From an uncultured Bacilli bacterium (lineage in GTDB: Bacteria; Bacillota_I; Bacilli_A; RF39; UBA660): DNA of 64,000 bases. Positions within the stretch are counted from its first letter, which is position 1. Every line of letters starts with the position of its first letter. Below, piece by piece: positions 45,973-54,359 of this stretch. The notes under the pieces were generated by a model. It was not told the origin of the DNA, did no database searches, and was given only the letters and a program-made list of their open reading frames with translations. The translations under genes were made by a program, and so were the position numbers. Where the stretch lies: positions 21,548 to 85,547 of the forward strand of contig CAJTZC010000004.1 in assembly GCA_910583745.1 (NCBI GenBank), read 5' to 3'.

Positions 45973-46726
45973 AACGAACCTCAGTTTTGGTATTGCCTAC
46001 TTTTCGTTCTTGAAACATTTTATCGAACTCTTCAGCTTCGGACGTGCTTCTAATGCCGTTTCGTTCGTAATTACGTAGTATGGTAACTATGTAACTTATT
46101 TTTGTAGCTCTATTTAACTCTGCTATGCGTATCGCATGTCTAGTTAAATCGTTGTCTGTCCAACTGTTTATCTCTTCGAACTCGACAGGCGATAACGGTC
46201 TACCAAAGGCCTGTTCTACTAGTTCAAAGATATTTTTTTCATCATCATTCATTTTTGGCGTGGTAGCCTCAGACATGGTAGTCTCTACTATAGGTTCTAT
46301 AGTATTTGTAGATGATGATGTATTATTCTCTTCTATACTAATCTCTTCTAATCTATTCTTATCTATACTATGTACACAACTTGTATACAAACTGTATACA
46401 CCGTTTTTATCAAGCGATAATTGCTTCCTTTCTTCCTGATAAATAGTAGGTTTAGTTCTATCATTTTGAAGATAATTATTAAGTCTCCAGTGTCGTATTA
46501 CTATGACACCTTTTTCAAATGGTATTATGAATTTTTTAGATATTAGAACTTTGATGTCGTCTTCTTTCCCTCCGACGGTACGAAGTATACTTTTCCAGTT
46601 ATCGACGAATCCATCATCGTCCGCTCGCATATTTAAGTGAAAATATACGGCTTGTGTCGTGAGAGGCATTTCCAAAAAGGAGTCGTTGTCTATCACACGC
46701 TTATCAAACATTCTTTTGTTTGCCAT
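45959..46726 (-). CDS. Replication initiation/membrane-attachment protein (phage replisome organiser N-terminal domain plus DnaD-like C-terminal domain)
   Basis: C-terminal RHAIRIAELNRATKISYIVTILRNYERNGI is DnaD-domain-like. It overlaps the helicase start. Confidence 0.55.
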   Translation of the reverse strand: MANKRMFDKRVIDNDSFLEMPLTTQAVYFHLNMRADDDGFVDNWKSILRTVGGKEDDIKVLISKKFIIPFEKGVIVIRHWRLNNYLQNDRTKPTIYQEERKQLSLDKNGVYSLYTSCVHSIDKNRLEEISIEENNTSSSTNTIEPIVETTMSEATTPKMNDDEKNIFELVEQAFGRPLSPVEFEEINSWTDNDLTRHAIRIAELNRATKISYIVTILRNYERNGIRSTSEAEEFDKMFQERKVGNTKTEVRYEAV

Positions 46727-46761
46727 ATTGTTTCCCTTTCTGTATTTTTAACCCCCAGGTT

Positions 46762-46995
46762 TTATACAAGTCCCTTCTTTTTTAATTCTTCATAGTCTTT
46801 TTCGGGCTCAGCATCCTTCAAACACTCTAATGCCTCTTTTTTTGAATTTACAAACCAAATAGGATATTCTCCCTCGTATGCATAGCCATCTGCAAAATAT
46901 AATACATACTTGCAGTCTTCATACGTTCCATCGTTTACCTCTAAACTACCAAAAAATTTTTGATATTTATTTGGCACTTTTAACTTTGTTTTCAC
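46762..46995 (-). CDS. Hypothetical protein (77 aa)
   Basis: ORF. Confidence 0.4.
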   Translation of the reverse strand: MKTKLKVPNKYQKFFGSLEVNDGTYEDCKYVLYFADGYAYEGEYPIWFVNSKKEALECLKDAEPEKDYEELKKKGLV

Positions 46996-47090
46996 AATAA
47001 TATTTCTCCTTTTTTGACATTTACGATTAAAAGTGTTATACTCTAATCGTAAATTTTATTTTTTAATTTACTGACTTACATTCCTCAAGA

Positions 47091-47300
47091 TTAAAGATGT
47101 AAGTCTTTTTTTATGTCTAAAATATAACAAGCAAGTATATAACTAACAGTACATATTCCTAAGGTTAATAAACCTTGAAATAAAGTTGCTTTATATGCAA
47201 GCCCATCAACGATAAATTTTATAAGCATTATGTATGATGTTAAAGCAAGTGACGATAACATTGAATAAATACTTATTTTCTCAAATATGTTTTTCTTCAT
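47091..47300 (-). CDS. Small membrane protein (69 aa, 2 TM)
   Basis: Hydrophobic. Confidence 0.35.
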   Translation of the reverse strand: MKKNIFEKISIYSMLSSLALTSYIMLIKFIVDGLAYKATLFQGLLTLGICTVSYILACYILDIKKDLHL

Positions 47301-47643
47301 AAGTTTCCCTTTCTATTCTCATAGCCTTTCGCATTTTATTTGCCTCACGCCTGACAAAATCTAAATCGACATGGGCTTCTTCAAGAACTCTTTTTATTGG
47401 TAATTTGTGAGGTCTTGTATCATCGTAAAAGAAACATTTAGCTAATAGCTTGTTTCTGATGTCAGCATTTTGTTCTTGCAAAGCCTCTAATTTTTCTTGC
47501 TTAAGTTTTTCTTCTAACCTCAACCTAAAATTGTCGGCTTTGCTTTTCGAACACTTTCCTAAAATTACTTGTATTTCATTTGTAGTTACCCATAAAATGT
47601 TACAAGCCTCTTCTATTTCGATATAATTACTGTTTTTTCTCAA
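47281..47643 (-). CDS. Hypothetical early protein (120 aa)
   Basis: ORF. Confidence 0.4.
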   Translation of the reverse strand: MRKNSNYIEIEEACNILWVTTNEIQVILGKCSKSKADNFRLRLEEKLKQEKLEALQEQNADIRNKLLAKCFFYDDTRPHKLPIKRVLEEAHVDLDFVRREANKMRKAMRIERETYEEKHI

Positions 47644-47697
47644 TGTAATTCACCCTCCTTTTGACCGAGAAATGATTTGTTTATTTTCTTTTACCTT

Positions 47698-47706
47698 GCT
47701 ATAATT
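47698..47706 (+). promoter_or_regulatory. Extended -10 element TGCTATAAT upstream of the small plus-strand gene
   Basis: TGnTATAAT 16 nt before the start at 47723. Confidence 0.35.
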
Positions 47707-47722
47707 ACAGTATAGAAAGGAG

Positions 47723-47959
47723 ATGATTGAATTGAAAAATTGTCCAATATGTGGTAGTGAACGATTTTATCTTTATAGTGACGATAAAACCAAATATATG
47801 CTATCCAAAGTAGATATACAGAAAAATACGGTGTCTCCAGATGTTGGCATCATTCTTGAAGTATCTTTTTGCCATAATTGCGGTTTTATTTCTCTTTGTA
47901 TTCCGAAAGAACAACTCGAGAAGATAAATCGAGACCTTGATAGCGAGAACAAGCAGTAG
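47723..47959 (+). CDS. Small zinc-ribbon protein (78 aa; CPICG ... CHNCGF)
   Basis: Two CxxC pairs, RBS AAGGAG, opposite orientation to the surrounding early genes. Confidence 0.45.
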   Translation: MIELKNCPICGSERFYLYSDDKTKYMLSKVDIQKNTVSPDVGIILEVSFCHNCGFISLCIPKEQLEKINRDLDSENKQ

Positions 47960-48155
47960 CAATAGTAAGCTCGCTTTTCTCAATGTTTCTCTCCAAAGTG
48001 TCTTCTTTCGCTAACAAATGACCTTTAAAGTCCCAGTATTGATAAATGGTTCTTACTGGGTCTTCTTTTGTTCCAGCACCAGTTATAGATACAGTTTGAA
48101 TCACTTGTATTACTTTCGCTTTATCCGTTCCTCTTGGTATTGCATAACTTTTCAT
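47886..48155 (-). CDS. Hypothetical early protein (89 aa)
   Basis: First gene downstream of cro. Its 3' end overlaps the convergent zinc-ribbon gene. Confidence 0.4.
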   Translation of the reverse strand: MKSYAIPRGTDKAKVIQVIQTVSITGAGTKEDPVRTIYQYWDFKGHLLAKEDTLERNIEKSELTIATACSRYQGLDLSSRVVLSEYKEK

Positions 48156-48197
48156 AATCTCTACTCTCCTTTTTAGGTTTGTGTTTTTGTTTGGCGC

Positions 48198-48212
48198 TTA
48201 ACAATTTGTTAA
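48198..48212. promoter_or_regulatory. Operator-like palindrome TTAACAATTTGTTAA
   Basis: Third copy of the TTAACA-N3-TGTTAA motif, at the 3' end of cro. Confidence 0.45.
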
Positions 48213-48437
48213 CTATTTTTGTACAAAAAAGCAATCAACAGTACAACCAAACATTTTAGCAAGTTTAATTAATGTACCAACTTTTATTTTTTCCGCATCT
48301 TTTTCATAATCTACGTATGTTGGTCGAGTTATCCGTAGTTCTGCTTCGACTGCTTCCATTGTTACATTCGCTCTATTTCTTTCTGCTCGAATATTATCTG
48401 CAATTTTTTTGCCGTCGATTTCGTTTTTCACTATCAT
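48213..48437 (-). CDS. Cro-like HTH (XRE family) regulator
   Basis: 74-aa HTH protein transcribed divergently from the repressor. Confidence 0.65.
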   Translation of the reverse strand: MIVKNEIDGKKIADNIRAERNRANVTMEAVEAELRITRPTYVDYEKDAEKIKVGTLIKLAKMFGCTVDCFFVQK

Positions 48438-48463
48438 CCCTCCTAACTGTATTCATTGTATCA

Positions 48464-48505
48464 TTAACAAAATGTTAAGTCAAGCGTGATTTAACAAATT
48501 GTTAA
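48464..48505. promoter_or_regulatory. Two operator palindromes, TTAACAAAATGTTAA (48464-48478) and TTAACAAATTGTTAA (48491-48505), in the cI/cro divergent region
   Basis: Perfect 6-bp half-sites with a 3-bp spacer, repeated. Confidence 0.55.
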
Positions 48506-48512
48506 AAAAATA

Positions 48513-48540
48513 TTGAATTTGTCGCTGAACCGTGTTAATA
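48513..48540 (+). promoter_or_regulatory. Candidate repressor promoter TTGAAT-16-TAATAT
   Basis: -35 at 48513-48518 and -10 at 48535-48540, followed by RBS AAAGGGG and the ATG at 48564. Confidence 0.4.
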
Positions 48541-48563
48541 TAGTTATAGAAAGGGGAAAATTT

Positions 48564-49238
48564 ATGGAAAATGAAAAAGAAAAAACTCACATAGCAACTA
48601 ATTTAAAATATTTACGTGCTATAAATGGCAAGTCTTTAAACGATGTTGCTAATATTTGTGGTAAATCCGATGTCGCTGTTCATTATTGGGAAAATGGAAC
48701 TAGAGAGCCTAATGCAGTAGATATAGCAAAATTATCAAATTACTTCGATATTACTGTTGATGACTTATTGATAAAAGATTTACGTTTTGATAACGCTGAA
48801 TTTGTAGATATAAATACCGACACAGTGTCTATACCAGTGCTTGGTATCATTCGAGCCGGTATGCCTATTGAGGCACAAGAAAATATAATCGACTATGTCG
48901 ATATACCACGTGAATGGACGAAGGGCGGAAAACAGTTTTTTGGTTTAAAGATTAAAGGTAACAGCATGTCGCCAAAATACGCTTCAGGAGACACAGTAGT
49001 CTTTGAAAGTACTGAAGATTTTGAATATGCGAATAATAAAGATTCGTGCATTATGGTAAATGGCTTTGATGCTACTTTTAAGAAATTTAATATAAATCAA
49101 AGTGGTGTTACATTGACACCCTTGAATTTAGAAAATGAAGACGGGTACACTACTACATTTTATGATGTAGAACAAGTTAAAGAACTACCCGTTAAAGTAA
49201 TTGGAATCGCTAGAAGAAAGATTTCTGATATTGAATGA
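48564..49238 (+). CDS. CI-like repressor (XRE HTH plus S24 LexA-like peptidase domain)
   Basis: N-terminal HTH; C-terminal GNSMSP ... K is an S24 Ser/Lys autocleavage module. The start was chosen at the internal ATG with an RBS; the track ORF starts at 48513. Confidence 0.75.
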   Translation: MENEKEKTHIATNLKYLRAINGKSLNDVANICGKSDVAVHYWENGTREPNAVDIAKLSNYFDITVDDLLIKDLRFDNAEFVDINTDTVSIPVLGIIRAGMPIEAQENIIDYVDIPREWTKGGKQFFGLKIKGNSMSPKYASGDTVVFESTEDFEYANNKDSCIMVNGFDATFKKFNINQSGVTLTPLNLENEDGYTTTFYDVEQVKELPVKVIGIARRKISDIE

Positions 49239-49289
49239 GATTAAATCACAGGAATGTGTTTTAATAAATATTGAGAAAGGAAGTAAAAT

Positions 49290-49535
49290 ATGATTTGTCC
49301 AAAATGTAAGAATGAAAATGTAACTATACAGGCGGTAAATGAGCAAAAATTAGTTACTAAGCATCATGGTATTTTTTGGTGGATATGTATAGGCTGGTGG
49401 TGGGTATTTGTAAAATGGATTATTTTATTTATACCTGCGATATTTTCTGCAATTTTTATAGGTAAAAGGAAGAAAATTAAAAATATAACAAAAAAGAAAC
49501 ATGTATGTCAAAACTGTGGTTATATTTGGGAATAA
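49290..49535 (+). CDS. Small membrane protein with a split zinc ribbon (81 aa)
   Basis: CPKC ... two Trp-rich TM helices ... CQNC. Co-oriented with cI and int. Confidence 0.45.
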   Translation: MICPKCKNENVTIQAVNEQKLVTKHHGIFWWICIGWWWVFVKWIILFIPAIFSAIFIGKRKKIKNITKKKHVCQNCGYIWE

Positions 49536-49654
49536 AAAAATCCCCTACTGCTGTAACAGTAGAGGTAAAGTACACAAATTAAAAAATCTCGGTCAAAAGA
49601 TAATTTCTTTTTGTGTACTCTAATTCTATCAAAAATAGATAAAAAAGTAAAGAA

Positions 49655-50941
49655 TTGGAGGTAAAAATTATGGCGGTTTTTCCAGTGAAAAAATATAAAA
49701 CTGTAAAAGATGAAAACAGCAATAAAATACAAGTTCAAAAAACTAAAGAAGAATGGAATAAAGAGACTAAAAATGGAACGGCAACGTGGTATTTTGTTAA
49801 TAGGTACAAAGTTCATGATAAAGTAAAACAATATAAATCTGCTCTGTTTTCCCTCAAACGCGATGCAGAGACTGATGATGCACTTTTTAGATTAGACCCT
49901 ATAAAATACATAAGTGAACATAGCAAGCGAGCTAAAGTTGATGTTTGTAAAATCAATAACTATTCTAGTAAAAATTTAAATGACTATTTTGAGGATTTCT
50001 TTAGTTACAAGTTGAACTTCAATAGAGAAAGTACTGCTTACGACTATAAGAAATCATGGGACAATCATATATCGGATTTTTTTGTCGATAAGGAAATAAC
50101 ATTAGTAACAGTTCAAGAATGGTTTGAATATATGAACATTAAACAAAAGGTAGATGGTACATTTTATTCTACTCGAACAAAAAATAAGGTTCTTACTGCT
50201 CTAAGAGAATTTTGTGCTTATCTTGTTAAAAAAGGAAGGCTGGAAATGAACTTTGCTGAAGTAGTTGGAAATTTTGAAAATCCGAATGAAAACAAAAATG
50301 AAGAAAAAGAGATTAAATTTCAAACTGAAGAACAGTTTAATGAATTTATGGAAGTTGTTGATGACGAATTTTGGTATTCACTATTTAACTTTGCTTTTTG
50401 GCATGGTCCACGAATTGGAGAACAAAGAGCTCTTAAAATTAAAAATATTAATTTAGATAAAGATATTATAAAGTTTAGTCAAACGTTTTCTAAAAGCAAA
50501 AGTGGCGGTGAAAAGATTGGACCAATAAAAAATGGTTTAGTTCGTGAAATCGCTTTAGCACCACAGAGTAAACCTTATATTGAAAAATTAATTGCTATAT
50601 ATAAAAGAATGGATGGTTATTCCGACGAATGGTTTTTGTTTGGTGGACCGATTAATACAAATAAGAATAGGATAGAAAGAAAGTTGAATGTATACTACTC
50701 TAAACTTAAAACGATTCATTCAGATAAGAATATTAATCAGCTATCGCATCATGAATTTGGGCGGCATTCACATGCATCACATCTTCTTAATAAGGGTATA
50801 GAAAATGGTATGTATCTAGAGGAAGTTTTGTCTATGATTGCTACACGTCTTGGTGATACAATAGAAGTAATTAGAAGGACCTATGCACACCAATATGAAC
50901 ACAAAAACAACGATAAAATAAAAGACTTATTAAAATTATAG
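49655..50941 (+). CDS. int: Tyrosine integrase
   Basis: The C-terminal catalytic region (HEFGRHSHASHLL ... RRTYAH) fits the R..H..R..Y signature. Adjacent to attR and the tRNA. Confidence 0.85.
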   Translation: MEVKIMAVFPVKKYKTVKDENSNKIQVQKTKEEWNKETKNGTATWYFVNRYKVHDKVKQYKSALFSLKRDAETDDALFRLDPIKYISEHSKRAKVDVCKINNYSSKNLNDYFEDFFSYKLNFNRESTAYDYKKSWDNHISDFFVDKEITLVTVQEWFEYMNIKQKVDGTFYSTRTKNKVLTALREFCAYLVKKGRLEMNFAEVVGNFENPNENKNEEKEIKFQTEEQFNEFMEVVDDEFWYSLFNFAFWHGPRIGEQRALKIKNINLDKDIIKFSQTFSKSKSGGEKIGPIKNGLVREIALAPQSKPYIEKLIAIYKRMDGYSDEWFLFGGPINTNKNRIERKLNVYYSKLKTIHSDKNINQLSHHEFGRHSHASHLLNKGIENGMYLEEVLSMIATRLGDTIEVIRRTYAHQYEHKNNDKIKDLLKL

Positions 50942-50950
50942 AAAGGAAAA

Positions 50951-50971
50951 TGTTACGTAATTGTTACGTAA
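50951..50971 (+). promoter_or_regulatory. Tandem TGTTACGTAA x2 (50951-50960 and 50962-50971) between the int stop and the att core
   Basis: Same 10-mer pair as at 11448-11469. Confidence 0.45.
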
Positions 50972-50985
50972 ACGAAAAATAAATA

Positions 50986-51010
50986 AATTAAAAACCCGTA
51001 AATACGGGTA
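50986..51010 (-). terminator. Phage-encoded rho-independent terminator for the reconstituted tRNA-Ala
   Basis: On the minus strand, ACCCGTA-TT-TACGGGT is followed by TTTTT, just inside the att core. Confidence 0.5.
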
Positions 51011-51016
51011 AATAAC

Positions 51017-51040
51017 CATTCTGGTGGAGGATGTGGGATT
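51017..51040. repeat. attR core copy, forming the 3' end of tRNA-Ala
   Basis: Identical to 11323-11346. Confidence 0.8.
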
Positions 51041-51098
51041 CGAACCCGCGACCCCCTGCGTGCAGGGCAGGTGCTCTAGCCAGCTGAGCTAATCCCCC
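51022..51098 (-). tRNA. tRNA-Ala (anticodon UGC)
   Basis: Manual fold: acceptor GGGGGAU/AUCCUCC with a G3:U70 pair, anticodon stem CCUGC/GCAGG with loop CCUGCAC, T loop UUCGAAU, encoded CCA. Position 33 is C rather than U. There is one C-A mismatch in the T stem. Confidence 0.8.
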
Positions 51099-51158
51099 AG
51101 GAACAAGATTATTCTATCATAAGGTTTAGAGATAATCAAGTTTTTTTTATAAATTGTT

Positions 51159-51377
51159 TTATTTTTCTTCAACAGCGTTGTTATTCGTCACGTTGATTAG
51201 TCCTTTTTCGAGCTCTTCCATCGCACGACCGATGTTTTTTGAACTTTTGTATTCTCTTTCATCTACCTGAAAGTTTTTGTACTCATGCATCTGTTTGCTG
51301 CGTTTTGAGATTACATGTACCAGTTCATATTTAGAGCTTACGATATTCAACAGTTTATCGATTGAAGGATATATCAT
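51159..51377 (-). CDS. rpoZ: DNA-directed RNA polymerase omega subunit
   Basis: MIYPSIDKLLNIVSSKYELVHVISKRSKQM matches the RpoZ N-terminal pattern (PSID.LL...KY.LV...KRA). Confidence 0.6.
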   Translation of the reverse strand: MIYPSIDKLLNIVSSKYELVHVISKRSKQMHEYKNFQVDEREYKSSKNIGRAMEELEKGLINVTNNNAVEEK

Positions 51378-51470
51378 ATATTAATCACTCTCCAGTATCT
51401 TAATCATACAAAATAATCGGTTTTAATTCAATAAATCGGACATTTTTTTACATAAATTTTACAATGTGGC

Positions 51471-52481
51471 TTATTTATTTTTAAAAAGGTCCTTTGCTTT
51501 CTCTCTATTTTCATCCGAATATCCCTGTATTGCGTTTGCAACTTTTTGTTTTAAAATATCGTATATTTTGTCACAAACGGCAATATTCTTTTTGTTTGCA
51601 CTCAATACTGCTATGACGTGTACTTTTGTATCTTTGGTCACAACGCATATCGATTTTTGTGTGATATATCCATTTTGTCTCGATTCATGAGGATAAACCC
51701 AAATGACTTCTTTGTAATCGATGATTTCAAGTCCTTTCGCGAGATTGATAATATAGTTTTCTGTTAGATAGATTCTCGCCTTTTTTTCATATAGAGAATT
51801 CAGTGAAATTGCTTCATTTTTGATTACTTCTAAATCGTGAGAATATTGACTGAGGGTTTGTTTTATGTTTTTTGCATTTTTAACATAGTAATATATTAGA
51901 AGAATGCCAAGGCAGAAGAATATTCCTATTAGAACGGACTGCCATAGAAAATCGTCGTCCACTTTGCTCGCCGTATCGATGTAATAGTTTGTAACGTATT
52001 TTTCGAAATTCTCGTACGTTAGAAAATCAGTATTAAATATTTCGTTGTAGCTATCTATTGCCAAGTCTTTCAGCTTGATATCTATGTATTTCGTCGTACC
52101 GCATATTTTCACTGGCTCGGGTTCAGTCGTGCGCTCTGTGTCGTACGAATATTCGAGGATTTTTTCGAGTTTTTTCAACTCTTTTTCTCTCAAATTTGCC
52201 GTATAGAGGTACTCAGAATCGAAGAGAAAATATATTTTTTTCTCCCCCTCTTTGCCATCTGTAGACGACGCAAAGAAGTCTGTCATGCTTTCGACAACGA
52301 CACAGACATACTCGCCCTCTTCTGTTACTTCGCTCATCAATGTGGGATTGTCTTTTATGCCTTGGAGATGCTTATATGCCCAATATTCTAATGATATACA
52401 TGCTAGCATTACGAGTAATCCCCACAGCAGAAGGTTTTTTTGCGGTTTTGTATTTTTAATAAATTCTCTTTCCCTGTCCAT
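51471..52481 (-). CDS. Membrane protein (336 aa), function unknown
   Basis: Two TM helices, one near the N-terminus and one mid-protein. Confidence 0.5.
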   Translation of the reverse strand: MDREREFIKNTKPQKNLLLWGLLVMLACISLEYWAYKHLQGIKDNPTLMSEVTEEGEYVCVVVESMTDFFASSTDGKEGEKKIYFLFDSEYLYTANLREKELKKLEKILEYSYDTERTTEPEPVKICGTTKYIDIKLKDLAIDSYNEIFNTDFLTYENFEKYVTNYYIDTASKVDDDFLWQSVLIGIFFCLGILLIYYYVKNAKNIKQTLSQYSHDLEVIKNEAISLNSLYEKKARIYLTENYIINLAKGLEIIDYKEVIWVYPHESRQNGYITQKSICVVTKDTKVHVIAVLSANKKNIAVCDKIYDILKQKVANAIQGYSDENREKAKDLFKNK

Positions 52482-52575
52482 AAATTATCTCTTTCTTTAT
52501 ATAAATTATACTAATTTTTATCGAAAATTTCACTATTTATTAAATTGTATGCTAAAATAGTCCCGTGATGAATTT

Positions 52576-53478
52576 ATGAATGAGAAGAGATATTACAGTC
52601 TAGATAAATTTTATAGAACAAGATACGGGAGTAAGGTTTTTAAAGTCAGTCTCGATGCAGGATTAACGTGTCCCAATAAAGACGGTTTGAAGGGAAAAAA
52701 CGGTTGTATTTTCTGCAGTGGAGCGACTGGCATCGGTTCAGCGAAGGATACTTTGAGAGAACAGTTCGATATCGTTCGAGCCAACTTATATAAAAAGTGG
52801 CCCCATGCCAAATGTATTCCCTTTTTAGAGGCGAATACGAATACCTATGCCCCTTTGAATAGATTGAAGTCGATTTATGAGGAACTTTTGGGATATGAGA
52901 ATGTCGTCGGTTTGAACATTGCGACAAGGTGTGATGCGATTACGGATGAAGTATACGACTATTTAGAGGAATTGAACCGAAAAACTGATTTGACTATTGA
53001 ACTTGGATTGCAATCTTCTTTTGATGAGACTTTAAAATATTTAAATCGAGGTCATACCAAAGAGGAGTTCACTAGGTGTGTGAATGAACTCAAAAAACGG
53101 GGAATTCCCGTCGTTGTACACATCATAAATGGGTTGCCAAATGAGACGGAAGAAATGATGATGGAGACGGTGCATTATGTCAATTCGTTGAAGCCTTCAG
53201 GAATAAAGTTTCACATGCTCTATATAGAGGAAGGTACTGCATTGTGCGAGATGTTCGTGCAAAATCCTTTCCCTCTTCTATCTAAAGATGAATACATTCG
53301 CATCGTTTGTAATCAGATTGCTATCCTCGATAAAGATATAGTAATTCACCGCTTGGTAAGTGACCCGAATGCTAAAAAACTGGTCGAGCCGAAGTGGTTG
53401 ACGAGAAAGTTTGAAATTTTAAATGCTATCGATACTCTCTTAGAAGGCGAAAAAATTGTTCAAGGCATGAAAAAATAG
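52576..53478 (+). CDS. Radical SAM protein (TIGR01212/YtqA-like family)
   Basis: Cys cluster CPNKDGLKGKNGCIFCS near the N-terminus; about 300 aa. Confidence 0.7.
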   Translation: MNEKRYYSLDKFYRTRYGSKVFKVSLDAGLTCPNKDGLKGKNGCIFCSGATGIGSAKDTLREQFDIVRANLYKKWPHAKCIPFLEANTNTYAPLNRLKSIYEELLGYENVVGLNIATRCDAITDEVYDYLEELNRKTDLTIELGLQSSFDETLKYLNRGHTKEEFTRCVNELKKRGIPVVVHIINGLPNETEEMMMETVHYVNSLKPSGIKFHMLYIEEGTALCEMFVQNPFPLLSKDEYIRIVCNQIAILDKDIVIHRLVSDPNAKKLVEPKWLTRKFEILNAIDTLLEGEKIVQGMKK

Positions 53479-53487
53479 ACTTATCGT

Positions 53488-53784
53488 CTACATCATTTTG
53501 TTTCGCATCACTATTTCAGCCGCTTTTTCTCTCAACATGTCTTCCATTGCAAAGTGAAGAAAATCTATCATGACGGTAGGTACTTCTTCTTCTTTTTTTT
53601 GCTCACCATTCACAAGTTCGTTTATTTGCTGAGGAGTAAGACCACTTATACTTGCCAAGTCGAAGATTGCTGTGGGATTGGGTTTTATGAACTTTTTAAT
53701 CTCATCTAATTTGTCTAGTGTTAATTCTGTTTTATCGCTTTTTTCTTTCATAAAATTAGTCCTTTCTCTTCTTAGTATGCTCAA
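53488..53784 (-). CDS. Hypothetical protein (98 aa), paralogous to the N-terminal part of the next gene
   Basis: Shares FIKPN..IFDL..SG..P..I..L with 53828..54289. Confidence 0.45.
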   Translation of the reverse strand: MSILRRERTNFMKEKSDKTELTLDKLDEIKKFIKPNPTAIFDLASISGLTPQQINELVNGEQKKEEEVPTVMIDFLHFAMEDMLREKAAEIVMRNKMM

Positions 53785-53827
53785 TAAAAATTAAAACTTT
53801 CACTGTTGTGAGTGAAAGTTATCGATT

Positions 53828-54289
53828 TTATTTCTGTTTCCCAGACATCTGTTGCGTCTTTGCAGCATTTATTTCCTGTATAGCTCTGTATAAACATGTC
53901 ACACTTTGCTTAGAACCTTTTTGGTTTTTGAAAATGTCTACGATTTCTCCTGGAGCTATGCCACTTACTTCTGATAAATCGAAGATGAATGAAGTGTTTG
54001 GCTTAATAAAATCTATTATTTCCTGAAGCTGTTCAGGACTTGGACTTTGTTCTTTTCGTTTTTTGACAATTTGCATTGCATTATGCATTCCCAATACTTT
54101 TGTCACCGCAACATTCTCCATGTTTAAAAGTATTTGAAAATATTCAGGACTTTCAGCACATTCTTGGGCGATAGCTTCTAAATCCCCTGGATTTTGCTGT
54201 AAGTATTGTTTAATTTCTGCAATTTGTTGTGTTCTTAAGTCGGCAGCATCTCTTCCTGATTGACCTAGATGGCTTCCATATCCACTCAT
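53828..54289 (-). CDS. Hypothetical protein (153 aa), paralogue-containing
   Basis: Repeat of the same domain; downstream of typA. Confidence 0.45.
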   Translation of the reverse strand: MSGYGSHLGQSGRDAADLRTQQIAEIKQYLQQNPGDLEAIAQECAESPEYFQILLNMENVAVTKVLGMHNAMQIVKKRKEQSPSPEQLQEIIDFIKPNTSFIFDLSEVSGIAPGEIVDIFKNQKGSKQSVTCLYRAIQEINAAKTQQMSGKQK

Positions 54290-54359
54290 AATTATGTTTC
54301 CTTTCTATGTTTACATCATTATTATAGCACGAAAAAAGGAAATTGTGTAATTATATTTC

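Larger units (their letters stand above)
11323..51040. mobile_element. Integrated temperate siphovirus-type prophage (about 39.7 kb) bounded by a 24-bp direct repeat at tRNA-Ala
   Basis: Exact 24-bp repeat at 11323-11346 and 51017-51040. Integrase is adjacent to the reconstituted tRNA 3' end. The gene content is a complete phage (lysogeny, replication, packaging, head, tail, lysis). Confidence 0.85.
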
